Source: the human T2T-CHM13v2.0 reference genome, Homo sapiens. From it: a stretch of DNA of 64,000 nucleotides. This document shows positions 40,443 to 55,308 of this stretch, in pieces (positions within the stretch are counted from its first letter, which is position 1; every line of letters starts with the position of its first letter). The DNA lies in assembly GCF_009914755.1 (NCBI RefSeq), contig NC_060932.1; one strand, 5' to 3'. The translations under genes were made by a program, and so were the position numbers. The notes beneath the pieces are model-generated. The model was not told where the DNA came from, did no database searches, and saw only the letters and a program-made list of their open reading frames with translations.

Positions 40443-41291
40443 TGTCATTAATTTCAAGGGCTAAATTATAAGGATTTCTTGAGCTACCCAGAGATTCGAT
40501 TTTCTAAATATCAGGTTGAATAAAACTTAGCTGTATGTGCACCCCCAGAAACCAGAAATACCCAGAAATTATGGGAAGCATCACTCAAAATGTCAGTAAA
40601 TCAATATTGGCTAGAATCCTAACCAAAATAAATTTTCACTAAACCCCATTGTGATTTCAGAATTAGCGCAGATTTTGTAAGAGTGCCATGGTGAATTACA
40701 GACCTCAGTCTCCAAGCCATGTGAGTTTGCCTCTGGCAGCCATATTGAAGTGAAGGTAATTAACACAGTCCATCTTGCAATAGGATGGTGCTATCCAGAC
40801 TGTTTGAAATTCTATGGGCATCCCAACCAGACCCCAGTAACCCTTTGAAATATGCTGAACCATGGCAGTTAACACACAAGGGGATCATTAAATGAATAAG
40901 AGAAGGCACAGAAATCACAGTTTGTAACTGAGATCATTTCATGGGCAGTTTGCCAGCTATTTGGGAACGTCTAACACAAAGGTTTCTTCAGATGAGGTAT
41001 TTATAAAGTGTAGTGCTATGAATCTACAAAATCACTTTAAAAATTATTTTAAATGACATCGCCTTTCAAATTATTTTCTAAGTCCTGTGCTTAACAATTA
41101 TTTTGATGTAAAAATTTAGGAGGCAGGATGATAATACTATTAAATTTTAGCAGTAACAGAAAGTAGTCTTCAGGACGAATGATCAGGATGTTTCCTGTCA
41201 TTGCCATCTACTATGCAGCAGAAACCATTCTCAGATATCAAATTATGATCACCTTGGTCCAGACAATAATGATGACACAGGCAACACTTAC

Positions 41292-41349
41292 CGAGCACAG
41301 GCAGTGGTTTTGAAATAGCTGGCAAGGCTGAGAAACAATGATTTCACAT
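41292..41349 (-). CDS. TMEM71: TMEM71 exon, 58 nt: (Y)VKSLFLSLASYFKTTACA(R)
   Basis: tttcactcaag|AT...CG|gtaagt; phase 1 to 2. Confidence 0.93.
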
Positions 41350-41450
41350 CTTGAGTGAAACAGAGAAAATATTTTAAAATCATTTTAAAGTGACCAAAAT
41401 TGGAATGAAATACAGGCATCATTGCAGTAATCTGGGAAACAGTTACTTAC

Positions 41451-41512
41451 AAGCTACAGTTATCATCAATGAGCATGTGAAGACACTGGCTAATATTTCT
41501 CCCATAAACCAT
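41451..41512 (-). CDS. TMEM71: TMEM71 exon, 62 nt: (R)WFMGEILASVFTCSLMITVA(Y), hydrophobic helix
   Basis: tgtttcag|A...T|gtaagt; phase 2 to 1; 101-nt intron follows. Confidence 0.93.
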
Positions 41513-42423
41513 CTGAAACAACAAGATTGCTCTGATTTAGCATACTAATTGTGCATTTCCAACCTGTGTGATTTTTTTAGACTTACTATAGAATTATGAT
41601 TTCAAGGTTTACTATGAAACTACAGTAATAAAGACAGTGGTATTGGAAAATGGACAGACATACAGATCAATGAAAGAGGGTAGACAGCCCAGAAGTAGAC
41701 TTATGCAGATAGAGTAAACTGATTTTAATTGAGGCGCAGAAGCATTCAAAGGAGAACATACCGTCTTTTCAACCAATGGTGTTGAAACAATTGGATATTT
41801 ACATGCAAAAAATGAACCTCCACATGTATAACATACCTTACACAAAATTTAACTCAAAATGGGTCATAGACCAAAAATGTAGATCGTAAAACTGTAAAAC
41901 TTCTAGAAGAAAACATGGGGGAATATCAATATGACCTTGCATTTGGCAATGAGTTTTAAAATGCAATACCAAATGCACAATCCATGAAAGAAGAGAAAGG
42001 AATAATTGGACTTTATCAAAATGTAAAACTTCTGCACTGTGAAAGACACTGCTAAGAGAATGAAAAGACAAGGCGCAGTCTGTGAGAAAATATTTGCAAA
42101 TTATGTATCTAATCAAGGACTTCTATCCATAATATATAAAGAACTCTCAAAATTCAATAATAAGAAAATAAGCAACCCACTTGAAAAAATGAGCAAAAGA
42201 TCTGAACAGACACTTCACCAAAGAATATATACAAATGTCAATAAGTATAAAAACAGATGTTCAACATCATTCCTCATTACAGTAATGCAAATTAAAACAG
42301 CGAGATATCACTGCATACCTAGTAGAATGGCTAAAACCCAAACAACTGGCAATACAAAATGCTGGGAGGATGCAGAGCAACAGAAACTCTCATTCATTGC
42401 AGTTAAGAATGAAAAGAGTGCAG

Positions 42424-42868
<445 letters not shown>

Positions 42869-43239
42869 CCCCTTGGTATTAATTCAACTGAGGTGAATTC
42901 TGTGTCTGTACAAAAATCTGCATATGATTCCTTGTAGAAGCTTTATTCAAAGTGGTCAAAAACTGGAAGCAACCAAGACACCCTTCAATAGGTGAATGTA
43001 TAAACAAACTGTGGTACATCCATACAATGGAATATGATTCAGCAACAAAAAGGAATGAGCTAATTGTAGAATAGCACATTTGTTATTGCTGTGGGTTAGT
43101 ATATTTTCTTAGAGGAGGTGAATAGTTTTCTGTATTAATCATATACAAGCAAAATATTCCGTGAGAGAAATAATTTGTTCTGACAAAACAAGAAATTAAG
43201 GGAAGACAGAAATGGTGGGAAAAACTGAAGTCCCATAAG

Positions 43240-43635
43240 CGATGGCAGCAGCAGCCCATCTGGAGTGGCTGCTGCAAAGACGCCAGCTGCAGCAGGGGAG
43301 GCCTGGCCAGGGTTGTGGGCTTCGCAGAGCCCGAGGGAGCCGAGAACAGGAGGGAGCCCGGAACTGGAGGGGGCCCCGCCCTCCCAGGTGCAGCTGCAGC
43401 CGCTCAGCCATGGCTCTGAACCCAGGCATCCCTGCACTCTTGGGGGCCTTGGAAGCCCCCCTGTGCCTGCAGGCTTGGAAGCGCCTGCTCCTGCCCCTGG
43501 CCTCTCCCTGCTCCCGTTGCCCGCTCTGATTTCGGAGCAAAGTTGTGGCTAGGCCCGGGTGCTATCGCAACCTAGCAGTGACCAGACCCCACATTTGTTT
43601 GCTCACACGCCCCTCACCACTCCACACCTTGCTTG
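43240..43635 (-). mobile_element. MER52-like ERV1 LTR fragment (GC-rich)
   Basis: gatggcagcagcagcccatctggagtggctgctgc...gaacccaggcatccctgcactcttgggggcc. Confidence 0.75.
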
Positions 43636-43849
43636 TAAAGGCTCAATATATTTCTGAATCAGAGTCATGGCAGTGAAGAGATGGAGATCTAGATCACCCA
43701 CACTGTATATTCCATAGCATATTTTGTCTGTAAAAAAGCTACTCAGACCAGTCAGACCTAACACCCCCTTTCAAAAACAAGCATTTCATTTAATAACAGT
43801 GATGCCTCTTTTTATCCTGTAATAAATTTCATAAGTAATATAACCCATC

Positions 43850-44012
43850 TACATAAGTAATCTAGAGATGATTTAAACTATATGGGAGGATATACATACG
43901 GTATATGCAAATACTACATCATCTTATATAAGGGGCTTTAGTATTCAAGGATTTTGGTATCTGAGGGAAGCTCTAGAATCAAACCCCCTTCGGTATTGAG
44001 GGACAACTGTAT
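43850..44012. mobile_element. MER2 (Tigger family) fragment
   Basis: ataagtaatctagagatgatttaaa...gagggacaactgta. Confidence 0.82.
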
Positions 44013-44234
44013 TCAATGCTTGTACTTTACAGTTATGAATAATTTATAACTTGAAAGATATAAATTATCCTCTCTCTCTCTGTCTCTCTGTCTTTCCCAC
44101 CCCATCTCTAACTTTATTACTACATCTATCTCTATGGCACTTCACAACTGCACATTGTTCTGTGGTGTGAATTTATTTATTCAGTCCTCCATTTATGACA
44201 TTTGGGTTGTTTCTATTTTTGCTATTACCAAAAT

Positions 44235-45530
44235 GATGTGCAAGGGACCCAAAATAGCTAAAACAATCTTGAGGAAGGAAAACAAAGTTGGAAGGCTCAT
44301 GCTTTTCCACTTCAAAACTTACTACACTATACGCAAAAGAATGAAGTTGAAGCATTACTTTATGCCATATACAAAGGTTAACTCAAAATGAATTAAAAAC
44401 CTAAATGTAAGAGCTAAAACTATAAAACACAACAAAAGATGGGTGAGAAACTTCATGACATTGGATTTGGCAATGATTTATTGAATGTGACACCAAAAGC
44501 ACAGACCACAAAAAAAGAAAAAAAGTAGAGAAGTTGGGCTACATCAAAATTTAAAACTTCTGCACATAAAGAATACATTCGACAGAGTGAAAAGGCAAAC
44601 CACAGAATAGGAAAAACATTTGCAAATCACATATCTGAGAAGGGGTTAATATGCAGAATATATAAAGAATTATTTTAACTTAACAACAAAAAGCAAACAG
44701 CCTGGTTTAAAAAGTGTCAGAGTACTTGAATAGACATTTCTGTAAAACAGATACACAAACAAACATCCAATAAGTGCATGGAAAGATGGTCAACATCATT
44801 ATCCATCAGGGAAATGCAAATCAAAACCACAGTGAGATATCACACCACACCCACCAGGATGGCTCTAGTCAAAAAGACAGACAATAACAAATGTTGAGGA
44901 TGAGGAAAATTTGGATTCCTCATACATTGCTGGTGGGGGTGGGAGTGTAAGATGGTGCAGTCCTATTGGAAAACGTTTCAGCAGTTTCTAAAAATATTAA
45001 ATATGGACTTACTATATGCCCAGAAACTCCATTCCTAGATATTTAACCAAGAAAAATGAAACTGTATGTCCATACAAAACTTGTGCACCAGTGTTCATAG
45101 CAACATTATTCATAATGGTCAAATGGGGAAAAACTCAAATGCCCATCAACTGACGAATGGATAAACAAAATGCAGTATATCTATGCAATGGAATATTATT
45201 CTTCCATAGAAAAGGATGAAGTACTGATACATGCTACAACATGGATGAACTCTGAAAACATTATGCTACATAAGTCATACCAGACACAGAAGTCCACATA
45301 TTGTATAACTCTATAGGAAATGTCCAGAATAGACAAATTCACAGAGACAGAAAGTCCATTAGTGGTTTTCAGGAGGTGGAAGAGGAAGGAAAGGAGAGTA
45401 ACTGCTAATGGGTAGAGGGTTTCTTTTTTCAGTGATGCAATTGTTATAGAATTAGAGTGGTGATGGTTGCACAATTTTGTAAATATACTAAAACCACTAA
45501 AGGTGCACTTAAAAATAATTTTTAAAATCT
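44235..45530 (+). mobile_element. L1MB-like 3' region
   Basis: caagggacccaaaatagctaaaacaatcttga...ggtgatggttgcacaa. Confidence 0.88.
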
Positions 45531-45575
45531 GTTTAAAAATACAATGAATAGCATTTTTTAAAATGCAATGAATAG

Positions 45576-45994
<419 letters not shown>

Positions 45995-46560
45995 CCCCTA
46001 CCTGGGGATTTTAAGAATAAATTGTTAAAAATTTCACAGCAATGATGGAGCATGTCTGCTATTTCACAACCTTGTCAAAAAAGTGTGACCAAGCATTTGA
46101 ATTTTTGCCAATATGATGGGTGATGATGTCACTGAGTAGATTTATTTCAAAAAAGAATAGTATTTTTATTGTTTTTATTTTCAAAATGTGAATCATTTGA
46201 AAGAGATTACGAATAAATACAAAAAAGAAAAGAAAATATCATCAGAAAAATCCCACCATATGGAAGAAGTTATTAATAAAATCTGGTGAATATCCTTTGG
46301 AAATCTCTTTATATGCATTTTAAAACTGTTATTCTAAAATGAGCTCTAACATAAATACAGCAAAGCCTATAAAGTGTACAACTTGATTTTGATTTTTTGT
46401 ATAAACACCTGTAATTGCTACCCAGATCAAGATATAGAATATTTCCCGCGCCCTTTAAGGTTCCTTGGTTGTCCTTTTCAGTATATACCCTCGGAATTAA
46501 TCACTATTCTTACATCTATAATAATTGATTTGTCTTGCCTTTTCTTGAATTTTATATACA

Positions 46561-46877
46561 CAGGTTGAGCATCTCTAAATAAAAAATTCAAAATCTGAAA
46601 TGCCCCAAGTTTGAAACTTTTTGAGTGTCTACATGATGCCACAAGTGGAAACTTCCACACCTGACTTCATGCCACAGGTGCAGAAAATTCCCTAAAATAT
46701 TGTGTAAAGTTACCTTTAGGCTGTGTGTATATGAAACATAAAGGAATTTTGTTTAGATTTGATTCTCATCCTCAAGATGTCTCATCATGTATATGCAAAT
46801 TTTCCCAAATGTACAAAAAGTCCAAAATCCAAAATACTTCTGGTTACAAGCATTCTGTATGAGGCATACTCAACCTG
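46561..46877. mobile_element. Tigger4/MER46-like DNA transposon
   Basis: TIRs caggttgagcat / atactcaacctg followed by TA. Confidence 0.85.
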
Positions 46878-46959
46878 TATGTGCAAACATATCAACTTTC
46901 CTGTCTGTCACCTATCACTTACTATGAGAAACATCCATGCTCTTGCCCACGTCTATACA

Positions 46960-47630
46960 GTTTTAGTCAATTTTTAATTCAAATAAACATTATTAGAATA
47001 ATTTTAGATATGCAGAGAAATCAGAAAATTAGGACAGAGGGTTCTCATGTGGTCTCCAGTCAGCTTCCTCTATTATTATTACTGTGGTATGTTTGTCACA
47101 ATGAAGGAACATGGTAATGTACCAACACTGGTACATTACTATGATCTCAACTCTACACTTCATTTGGATTTTTCCTTTTTCTATTCCAGGATCCCATCCA
47201 GGTCACCACATATGTTTAGTCATTGCGTCTGCTAGGCTCCTCTGGGCTCTGAGAGTTTGTCACTTTCCCTGGTTTTGATGACCTTGACAGTTTTGGAAAG
47301 TCCTGCTCAGATAATGTGTTGAATGTCCCTTAATTTTTTTTTTCTGCTATTTTTCTTTTGGCAGACTGGGATGTGGAAGACCACAGAGGTAAAGTGCCAT
47401 TCTCACCACGTCGTATCAAGGGGACATGCAATCAGTGTAACTTATCTCTGTTGATGCTGACTTGTTCACTTGCAGCAGTGTTTGTCCTGTTTCTCCACTG
47501 AAGAGTTACCTTTCTTACCCCCTTCCTTACTCTACTCCCTGGAAGAAGTTTCTAAATGCAGCCCTCCCTTAAAGGATTAAGAGTTAAGCTCCGCCTCTTA
47601 AGGGAGGAGTATCCACAAACATTAACCTAA
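46960..47630 (-). mobile_element. L1M (MC/MD-like) 3' end
   Basis: ccaggatcccatccagg...gaccacagaggtaaagtgccattctca. Confidence 0.8.
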
Positions 47631-48119
47631 GAAACATACCATTTACAGTCCTGTGAAAGAAAAGAAAGGGCTCTGCGATCAACTTGGAGGTGCGGAAAAC
47701 ACGAAGTGAAATAAAGCTAGACGTGTTCCTTCACCACATTATTTCACTGATTATTATACTAATGCACATCATGGTCTTCCAGTTTGGGATATAGAATGCA
47801 GAATTTTGCAAATTTATTTTTAACCACAGAAGCACCCCCTCCGACACACACACACTCCACTTTTGTTCTTGTGGTCCCATTGTGATCTAAAAATGTTTTG
47901 CAAACCTCATAATTATCTGGGAAGCTTATTTTAAATTACCAATTCTCAGTAAATCTTAATTAGAATCTCAAGAGATGGGATCTAGGACTTTGTATTTAAA
48001 AAAGCACCTCCTCCAAGTGATGCTGCTGTATTTGACCCTCAAAATGTGGGACTTGAGAGCAGGCAGCCCTTGCTGGCCAGAGTTCAAGAACCATAAAGAC
48101 CCCTGGACTGTTGTATTCA

Positions 48120-48620
48120 CCTTTGTTTCATTGATTCAATAAATATTGAAGAACCCCTGGCACTGAGGATACTGAAGTGAGGGAGACGCACAATGTATCT
48201 GCTGCCAGGCAGCTCACATTCTTCTAGGGAGAGGCAGATCCCATTAAAACTTCAACAGCTAATCATGTCACAGGTCAGGGGGTAATAAGTGCTCAAAAGA
48301 AAAGTAAAGCAAGGTGCATGCGACAAAGAGTGGCATGCTATTTATAAAGGATTTTCAGGGAAGATCTCTCTGATGATGTGACATTTGAACGGATTTTGTA
48401 AAGAAGTAAGGTCACAGGTAATGAGGCTATCTGGAGGATTCTAAGAGGCAGAGTGAAAAGCAAGTGCAAAGGCCCTGAGACAGGAGTGGGCCTAGCACCA
48501 AGGAACCTGATCACTGCCCTGGAGACTTGAATAGGGAAAGGAAAACAAGGCAGAGGAAGAACATACAGGTCAGAGGGTAGAGAACAAACATACCTATAAG
48601 AAGGCATGAAGAGACAATTT
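48120..48620 (-). mobile_element. L2 3' region
   Basis: ttcattgattcaataaatattg; caagtgcaaaggccctgag. Confidence 0.78.
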
Positions 48621-48790
48621 ATGTGGGGATATACAAATACAATTGGAAGGGTGGAGTCTCTGCAGGGACCCTAAATCGCACAGTGGGAACTTCAAGTGGC
48701 TTTAAACTCCAGCTATACTTAGAGTATATCTGTTAACAGGAGCCACTTCTCTTTGGAGAAAAAGCAATCCACTGTAAAATACAATTTTAA

Positions 48791-49197
<407 letters not shown>

Positions 49198-49337
49198 TTA
49201 TCATGGACAGACACATGAACGAATCTCAACCACAGAGCTACCTAAAATGTTTTGTGGAATAAGGCAAGGAAATCATCAATCAGCTATAGTTTCACTAATT
49301 ATGAAATACCGCTGCATGAAAATAAAACGTGAATTAC

Positions 49338-49413
49338 CTTGCACATGCAGAAATGATTAAGCACACAGCAAGCAGGATTGCCTGAAAGAAGACCTCTTGC
49401 AACAACCTGGTTT
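49338..49413 (-). CDS. TMEM71: TMEM71 exon, 76 nt: (E)TRLLQEVFFQAILLAVCLIISACA(R), transmembrane helix
   Basis: ttcttcctattag|AA...AG|gtaatt; phase 1 to 2. Confidence 0.93.
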
Positions 49414-49759
49414 CTAATAGGAAGAACAAAAACAAATAAATTAGAAATCATTGCTGATTCAATCATCTTGGAAGAAAAAATCATCTCAAACTTCCCTTGT
49501 ACCCACCAAAAAAAAAAAAAAAAGTTTTGGAATGTATGTCAGTTCAAGCAATGTGTCATAAATAACAAGATAAAATTACCTACTGTTATACAGGGCTGTC
49601 ATTAGAAAATTTCTGCAAATAATTACTTTCTTCAATCACTATAAAATAAAAGACTATGCTATTTTCACAGTTTAGGGCTTGCCTTTTGATTTAATGTTGG
49701 GGAAAGGCTTTGTAGAGTTTATGATAATGTAAGAAATCTAATTCTGTCATTGTGATAAT

Positions 49760-49965
49760 AATAATGTCTAAAATCTGTAAAGTGCCTTATAATTCACAAA
49801 GAGCTTGTATACGTTAGTTCACTTAAACAGCACAACAACGCTGTGAGGTGGATGCCATTATCTTAGTTCTGCAAAGAGAAGAAAAAGACTAAGAGAAATG
49901 ATGAACTCGTCCAAGGTCACATAGCTATGAGGTGTCACAGCCAAGATTTAAAAACCACATCTAGA
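49760..49965 (-). mobile_element. MIR
   Basis: cacaacaacgctgtgaggtg...ccaaggtcacatagcta. Confidence 0.75.
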
Positions 49966-51125
49966 CAGAACATAACATTTTGTCTGAAGTGGGCAGGGAA
50001 AGACAATTGCAACTTTGCATAATGGAAGTCTCTAAAGACAAAAAATGAGAACATATATTATGAAATATTTGTCTTTGAAAACTCTTTGCAATCAGTACAA
50101 TATTTCAGTACTGCCAAGCCACAGTAGAAACTACAAATTATCCAGCAATTATAAGCATAAGAGTTAATTCAATCATGAACCTCAGTATTATTCTAATCAC
50201 CTTAAATAAATTAAAGCTGATTTGAGGATTACCACATAAAAAACCTAAAGGAGAATATAAACAGACCTCAACTTAATTTTTGCCAAATGCTTCAAAAGCT
50301 CAATTTTGCAACAGTTGTTTAAAACTTGGAATGACTTTATGTTATGAATGCATTTATTTTTGCTATTTATGCCATGAATGAGGATTGAGTCAGCTAACAA
50401 AACCTACTTAGCCCATAATGCGGGTGGAATGCTGAAGATTGGCAATTCAAAATATCACAGTAGTAAATTATGTCACTGCAAATGTACAGTTGTTCATGTA
50501 CATTGTGAATTCAGTTATTGTGGGTTCAACTGAATACTCAACCATCCTTCTAAAGTGTGTTTCTATTCTTAGCCTCCCCTGATTTCATGTGGAATTTGGA
50601 AAACATTTCCTCAGAAACAAATCTAGCTTGAAAAACTGCAAAGATCACTAGACTTGGATACTGAAGGATGAATGGGTTTAGATTTGAGATCTACAAAGAT
50701 ATGAGTTGTGTGATTTGGGATGAATTATTCATGGATTCCTTCCTTAAGTTGCCATTTGCTGAATACCTTTTTCAGCTCAGCTCAGGTGTAACCTCCTTTA
50801 GGAAGCCTACCTTGATTCTACTGGCTCCTCCTTGGCCCTTAGCTGCTCCCTCCCTGTGCTCCCATTATACCTTGTTCATATCTCTGCTAACTCTCTTTTC
50901 ACATGGAATTAAAAATTCTATAATATTTCTCAATATTCCCCCACTAAACTGCAAGCTCATTGAGAAAATAGCATTGATTTCCTGTTCTCTGGGGACAGTG
51001 CTCATATTTTCCTTGAGGAATCACCTCTCCCCCTCTCTTGGTACACAGTTTAGGTGAAGTGACTGATTTTTTCTGACTTTCCTCCTAGCATTTGATTCCT
51101 TTCAAGCTTTTCGGAGTTTCACATA

Positions 51126-52141
51126 TATCAGGGGAACCCACCCCCAACATTTCAACGTAGGTTCTCCCTATTTTCCCTAAGTGTCAGCCAGTCTGAGAAA
51201 TAAACAGAAAGAGTACAAAGAGAGGAATTTTACAGCTGGGCCGCCGGGGGTGACATCACATACTGGTAGGACTGTGATGCCCACCTGAGCCGTAAAACCA
51301 GCAAGTTTTATTGAGGATTTTAAAAGGGGAGGGGGTGCAAGAACAGCAAGTAGGTCACAAAGATCACATGCTTCAAAGGGCAAAAAGGAGAACAAAGATC
51401 ACATGCTTCTGAGGAAACAGGGACAGGGCAAAATCAGAAACTCCCAATAAGGGACTATGTTCAGCGGTGCACATACTGTCTTGATAAACATCTTAACAGA
51501 AAACAGAGTTCGAGAGCAGAGAACCGGTCTGACCTCAAATTTACCAGGGCTGGGGTTTCCCAATCCTAGTAAGCCTGAGGGTACTGCAGGAGACCAGGGC
51601 ATATCTCAGTCCTTATCTCAACGGCATAGGACAGACACTCCCAGAGCAGCCGTTTATAGACCTCCCTCCAGGAATGCAATTCTTTTCCTAGGGTCTTAAT
51701 ATTAATATTCCTTGCTAGGAAAAGAATTTAGCGATGTCTCTCCTACTTGCACATCCATTTATAGGCTCTCTGCAAGAAGAAATATATAGCTGTTTTTGCC
51801 CGACCCCGCAGGCAGTCAGACTTTATGGTTGTCTTCCCTTGTTCCCTAAAATCGCTGTTATTCTGTTGGTTTTCAAGGTGCACTGATTTCATATTGTTCA
51901 AACACACATGTTTTACAATCAATTTGTACAGTTAACGCAATCATCACAGTGCTCCTGAGGTGACGTACAGCCTCAGCTTATGAAGATGACAGGATTAAGA
52001 GATTAAAATAAAGACAGGCATAACAAATTATGAAAGCATTATTAGAGAAGTGATAAATGTCCATGAACTCTTCACAACTTATGTTCCTCTGCCGCAGCTC
52101 CAGCTAGTCCCTCCATTCAGGGTCCCTGACTTTCTGCAACA
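51126..52141 (-). mobile_element. MER11 (HERV-K11/HML-8) solo LTR, complete, 1016 bp
   Basis: Minus start TGTTGCAGAAAGTCAGGGACCC, end GGTTCCCCTGATA; 6-bp TSD CACATA at 51120-51125 and 52142-52147. Confidence 0.93.
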
Positions 52142-52314
52142 CACATACTTATCAACAAAGTTTTGTTCATGTGAAACATGCCCTTCCAAAACCAATAAAA
52201 CTCAATTACTGGCCTCTTGTCATTAGCCTAGACAGATGTAATCTCTTTCTGCAGAACTGGAAACTGGAAAGGTGTAGGCACAGAGCCACCAGGATCCACC
52301 ATGTATGGAGGGCC

Positions 52315-52684
52315 TTTTTTTCTTTTCTTTTCTTTTCTTTTTTTTCTTTTTTTTTTTTTAACAGGGTCTCACTCTATTTCCCAGGCTGCAGTGCAGTGCA
52401 TGATCTTGGCTCACTGCAGCCTTGACTTCTTAGGCTCAGGTGATTCTCCCACCTCAGCTTCCCAGCTAGCTGGAAATTCAGGCATGCACCACTATGCCCA
52501 GATAATTTTTTGTAGAAATGGGGTCTCACCATGTTGCCTAGGCTGGTCTCCAACTCCTGGGCTCAAACGATCCTGTCACCTCAGCCTCCTGAGTAGCTGG
52601 GACTACAGGCATGAGACACCATGACTGACTAATTTTTGTATTTTTTGTAGAGACAAGGTCTCACTATGTCACCCAGGCTGGTCT
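52315..52684 (-). mobile_element. AluJ-derived three-arm chimera inside an old MLT1 (~50970-52866)
   Basis: After the second arm the sequence re-enters gagtagctgggactacagg...linker...ggtctcactatg. Confidence 0.82.
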
Positions 52685-54139
52685 GGTACAACCTTTTAAA
52701 GAGTAACACAGACACAGAAGAGAAGAGACAACAAAAGACAGAGAATGCCAGGATCCTGCACTGTAAGCCTGGAATTTTCATTAAGATGAGCCAATAAATT
52801 CTATTGATTAATCCACTTTGAGTTGGGTTTCCATCCATTGGAACTCAAAAATCTTCAACTGATACAACTGATGTATCTGCCTATATCTTTGGCACCTGGA
52901 AAAGAACACACATGCAATACCTACATGTGAAGGGCTTAATGGAAGATGGAGACCTTGTCCACCCAGGACTTCATAGCTTAGTGAGAAAGAGGAAAATAAA
53001 CAGTTTCTATAGTGATATATAGAGTGCTAGGGAATCAAGGCGAAGTGAAGCGCTACCTCCACCAGCCAGAAGGGGGTAGAGAAGGTGCATAGAGGTGGTC
53101 TCATTTAATTTGAGACTTGAGGAAGAGTAGGAGGCCGCCCAGGTATAGCAGGTGGGAGAGAGATTCCAGACCCAGCAAAGAGCTTATATTTGTTCTTACA
53201 AAACTCTTGGCAAAGAGTACAAAGGTTAACTTTACCTGTCTGAATCTGAATATTCTTATGTGTAAAATGGAGGTAGCACACTTATTAATTGGTCCACCAG
53301 TAATGAAGCATCATCTCTGTGCCTATGTGGGCATTTTGGAATTCACAGATGACAATGACCTAGTGCTTATCTTTAAGGAGCTCACAGAGGCAAACATGCA
53401 GTGACAGTGCAAATAATGGGCATGAGAAAGAGAAGTCCTGGGAGCTAGGGGAGCACCAAGAAGGGTGGGCTCCCTGGAGGAGGTGGCTATTGAGCCTTCT
53501 TAGGTGTTGATAACCTGTCATTTCAACACCTGGAAAGGGAACTATAAAAAAACAAAAACCAAACCAAAACAAAAAAAACCCTTGAACACTTATCTAGTAG
53601 CTGCACTAGGAACAAAATGTACAAAGCATATTGATCTTCAGGACTAGAAGAGTGATGGCCAGTGAAGTGAATATTTATGATTTTTTGAAAGCAAATAAAC
53701 AGAAAATATTTTTTCCATTTAACTTCAATGTTATGTAACAATAACTTCACATTTACTGAGTATTCAATAGACATGACATAGTATGCTAAGTACTTTACAT
53801 GAGTTATTTTAGTCATGACAAGGTAGGAATTATGATCCTCTCCATGTAGAGATAAAAATGAAGTTTGAGAGGGTTTGGTAAACTGCTTCTGAGTTATAGC
53901 TAAGGAGTAGGGATCTGGGCTTTTAATCTCAGCAAGCCAATGACAGAGTGGGCTCTTTCACCTTGGTGCAGCACCATGTCCAAACATGCTTAATCTGACA
54001 TTAGCAAACCAGAGACTAAGGGACATGCTTGTTGAATTTATTACAGCTTTGCTCCTGCCAGAAAATACCAATGCCTTTATTATCTTTTGACTTTTCCTTG
54101 TCAGAAGCATAGCATTAAAGGATGTTCTTTTTGTTGTTT

Positions 54140-54451
54140 CCTCTTCTTCTTCTTCTTTTTTTTTTTTTTGGAGTCTTACTCTGTCACCCAGGCTGGAATG
54201 CAGTGGTATGATCTCGAGTGATCTCGACTCACTGCAACCTCCACCTCCCAGGTTCAAGTGACTCTCCCTGTCTCAGCCGCCAGAGTAGCTGGGATTACAG
54301 GCATGTGCCACCATGCCCAGCTAATTTTTCTATTTTTAGTAGAGATGGACTTTTGCCATGTTGGCCAGGCTGGCCTCAAACTCCTGACCTCAGGTGTTCC
54401 ACCCGCCTCAGCCTCCCAAAATACTGAGATTACAGGTGTGAGCCACTGTGC
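54140..54451 (-). mobile_element. AluS with (TTC)n/T tail
   Basis: Both arms. Confidence 0.93.
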
Positions 54452-54530
54452 CTTCTTATGTAGTATGTCCAATACACAGCTAAGAATTAAAATAGCAAAC
54501 ATCTGTGTATCTTCCACTTTGCTTTATTGA

Positions 54531-54855
<325 letters not shown>

Positions 54856-55098
54856 CTCTGAATATTTTTTAAGTAAAACACTGCAGATCCAGTTACTGAT
54901 GCCTCTAACATGACACCCAAAGGCAGTCATCTCCTCTGCAAAGGGTCACCTGGGCTTTGGCAGAGGCCCCATGTCCTCCCTTCCTCGCACAGGTTGGTAC
55001 CAGCTCCTAACTGCATTTTAGTCATCTCCAAGTCATTCTCAGGCTCTGAAAGGAAGAATTCTTTGGGTGTGGCAAATATTTAAAACACCTGAACTCAC

Positions 55099-55287
55099 CT
55101 GAATGATCCGAACTATTCTCTTGGAAACGTTCAGAAGCTGTCAACTGGGACTGAAGAGACAAGCTATGGGAGTTTCCTCCAGGAGGCTGAGATATGATGT
55201 GGCTGGAAGAGGAGGTGATCACAGACTCTGCATTCATCTTCCCTGACTCCCAGTCATCAGTCAGAGAAGAACAGTCTAAATCATCTG
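55099..55287 (-). CDS. TMEM71: TMEM71 exon, 189 nt: (A)DDLDCSSLTDDWESGKMNAESVITSSSSHIISQPPGGNSHSLSLQSQLTASERFQENSSDHS(E); upstream exons lie right of the window
   Basis: tgctttttcag|CAGAT...TCAG|gtgagt; open frame; matches recalled TMEM71 sequence; phase 1 to 1. Confidence 0.93.
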
Positions 55288-55307
55288 CTGAAAAAGCAGA
55301 GGGGTTC

Positions 55308-55308
<1 letters not shown>

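Noticed and set aside
43135-43552. GC-rich ORF cluster suggesting a second CpG-island gene
   Set aside because: Explained by a MER52-like LTR fragment
55022-55237. 71-aa ORF as a standalone gene
   Set aside because: It is an internal TMEM71 exon read through its donor at 55098; the ATG is internal
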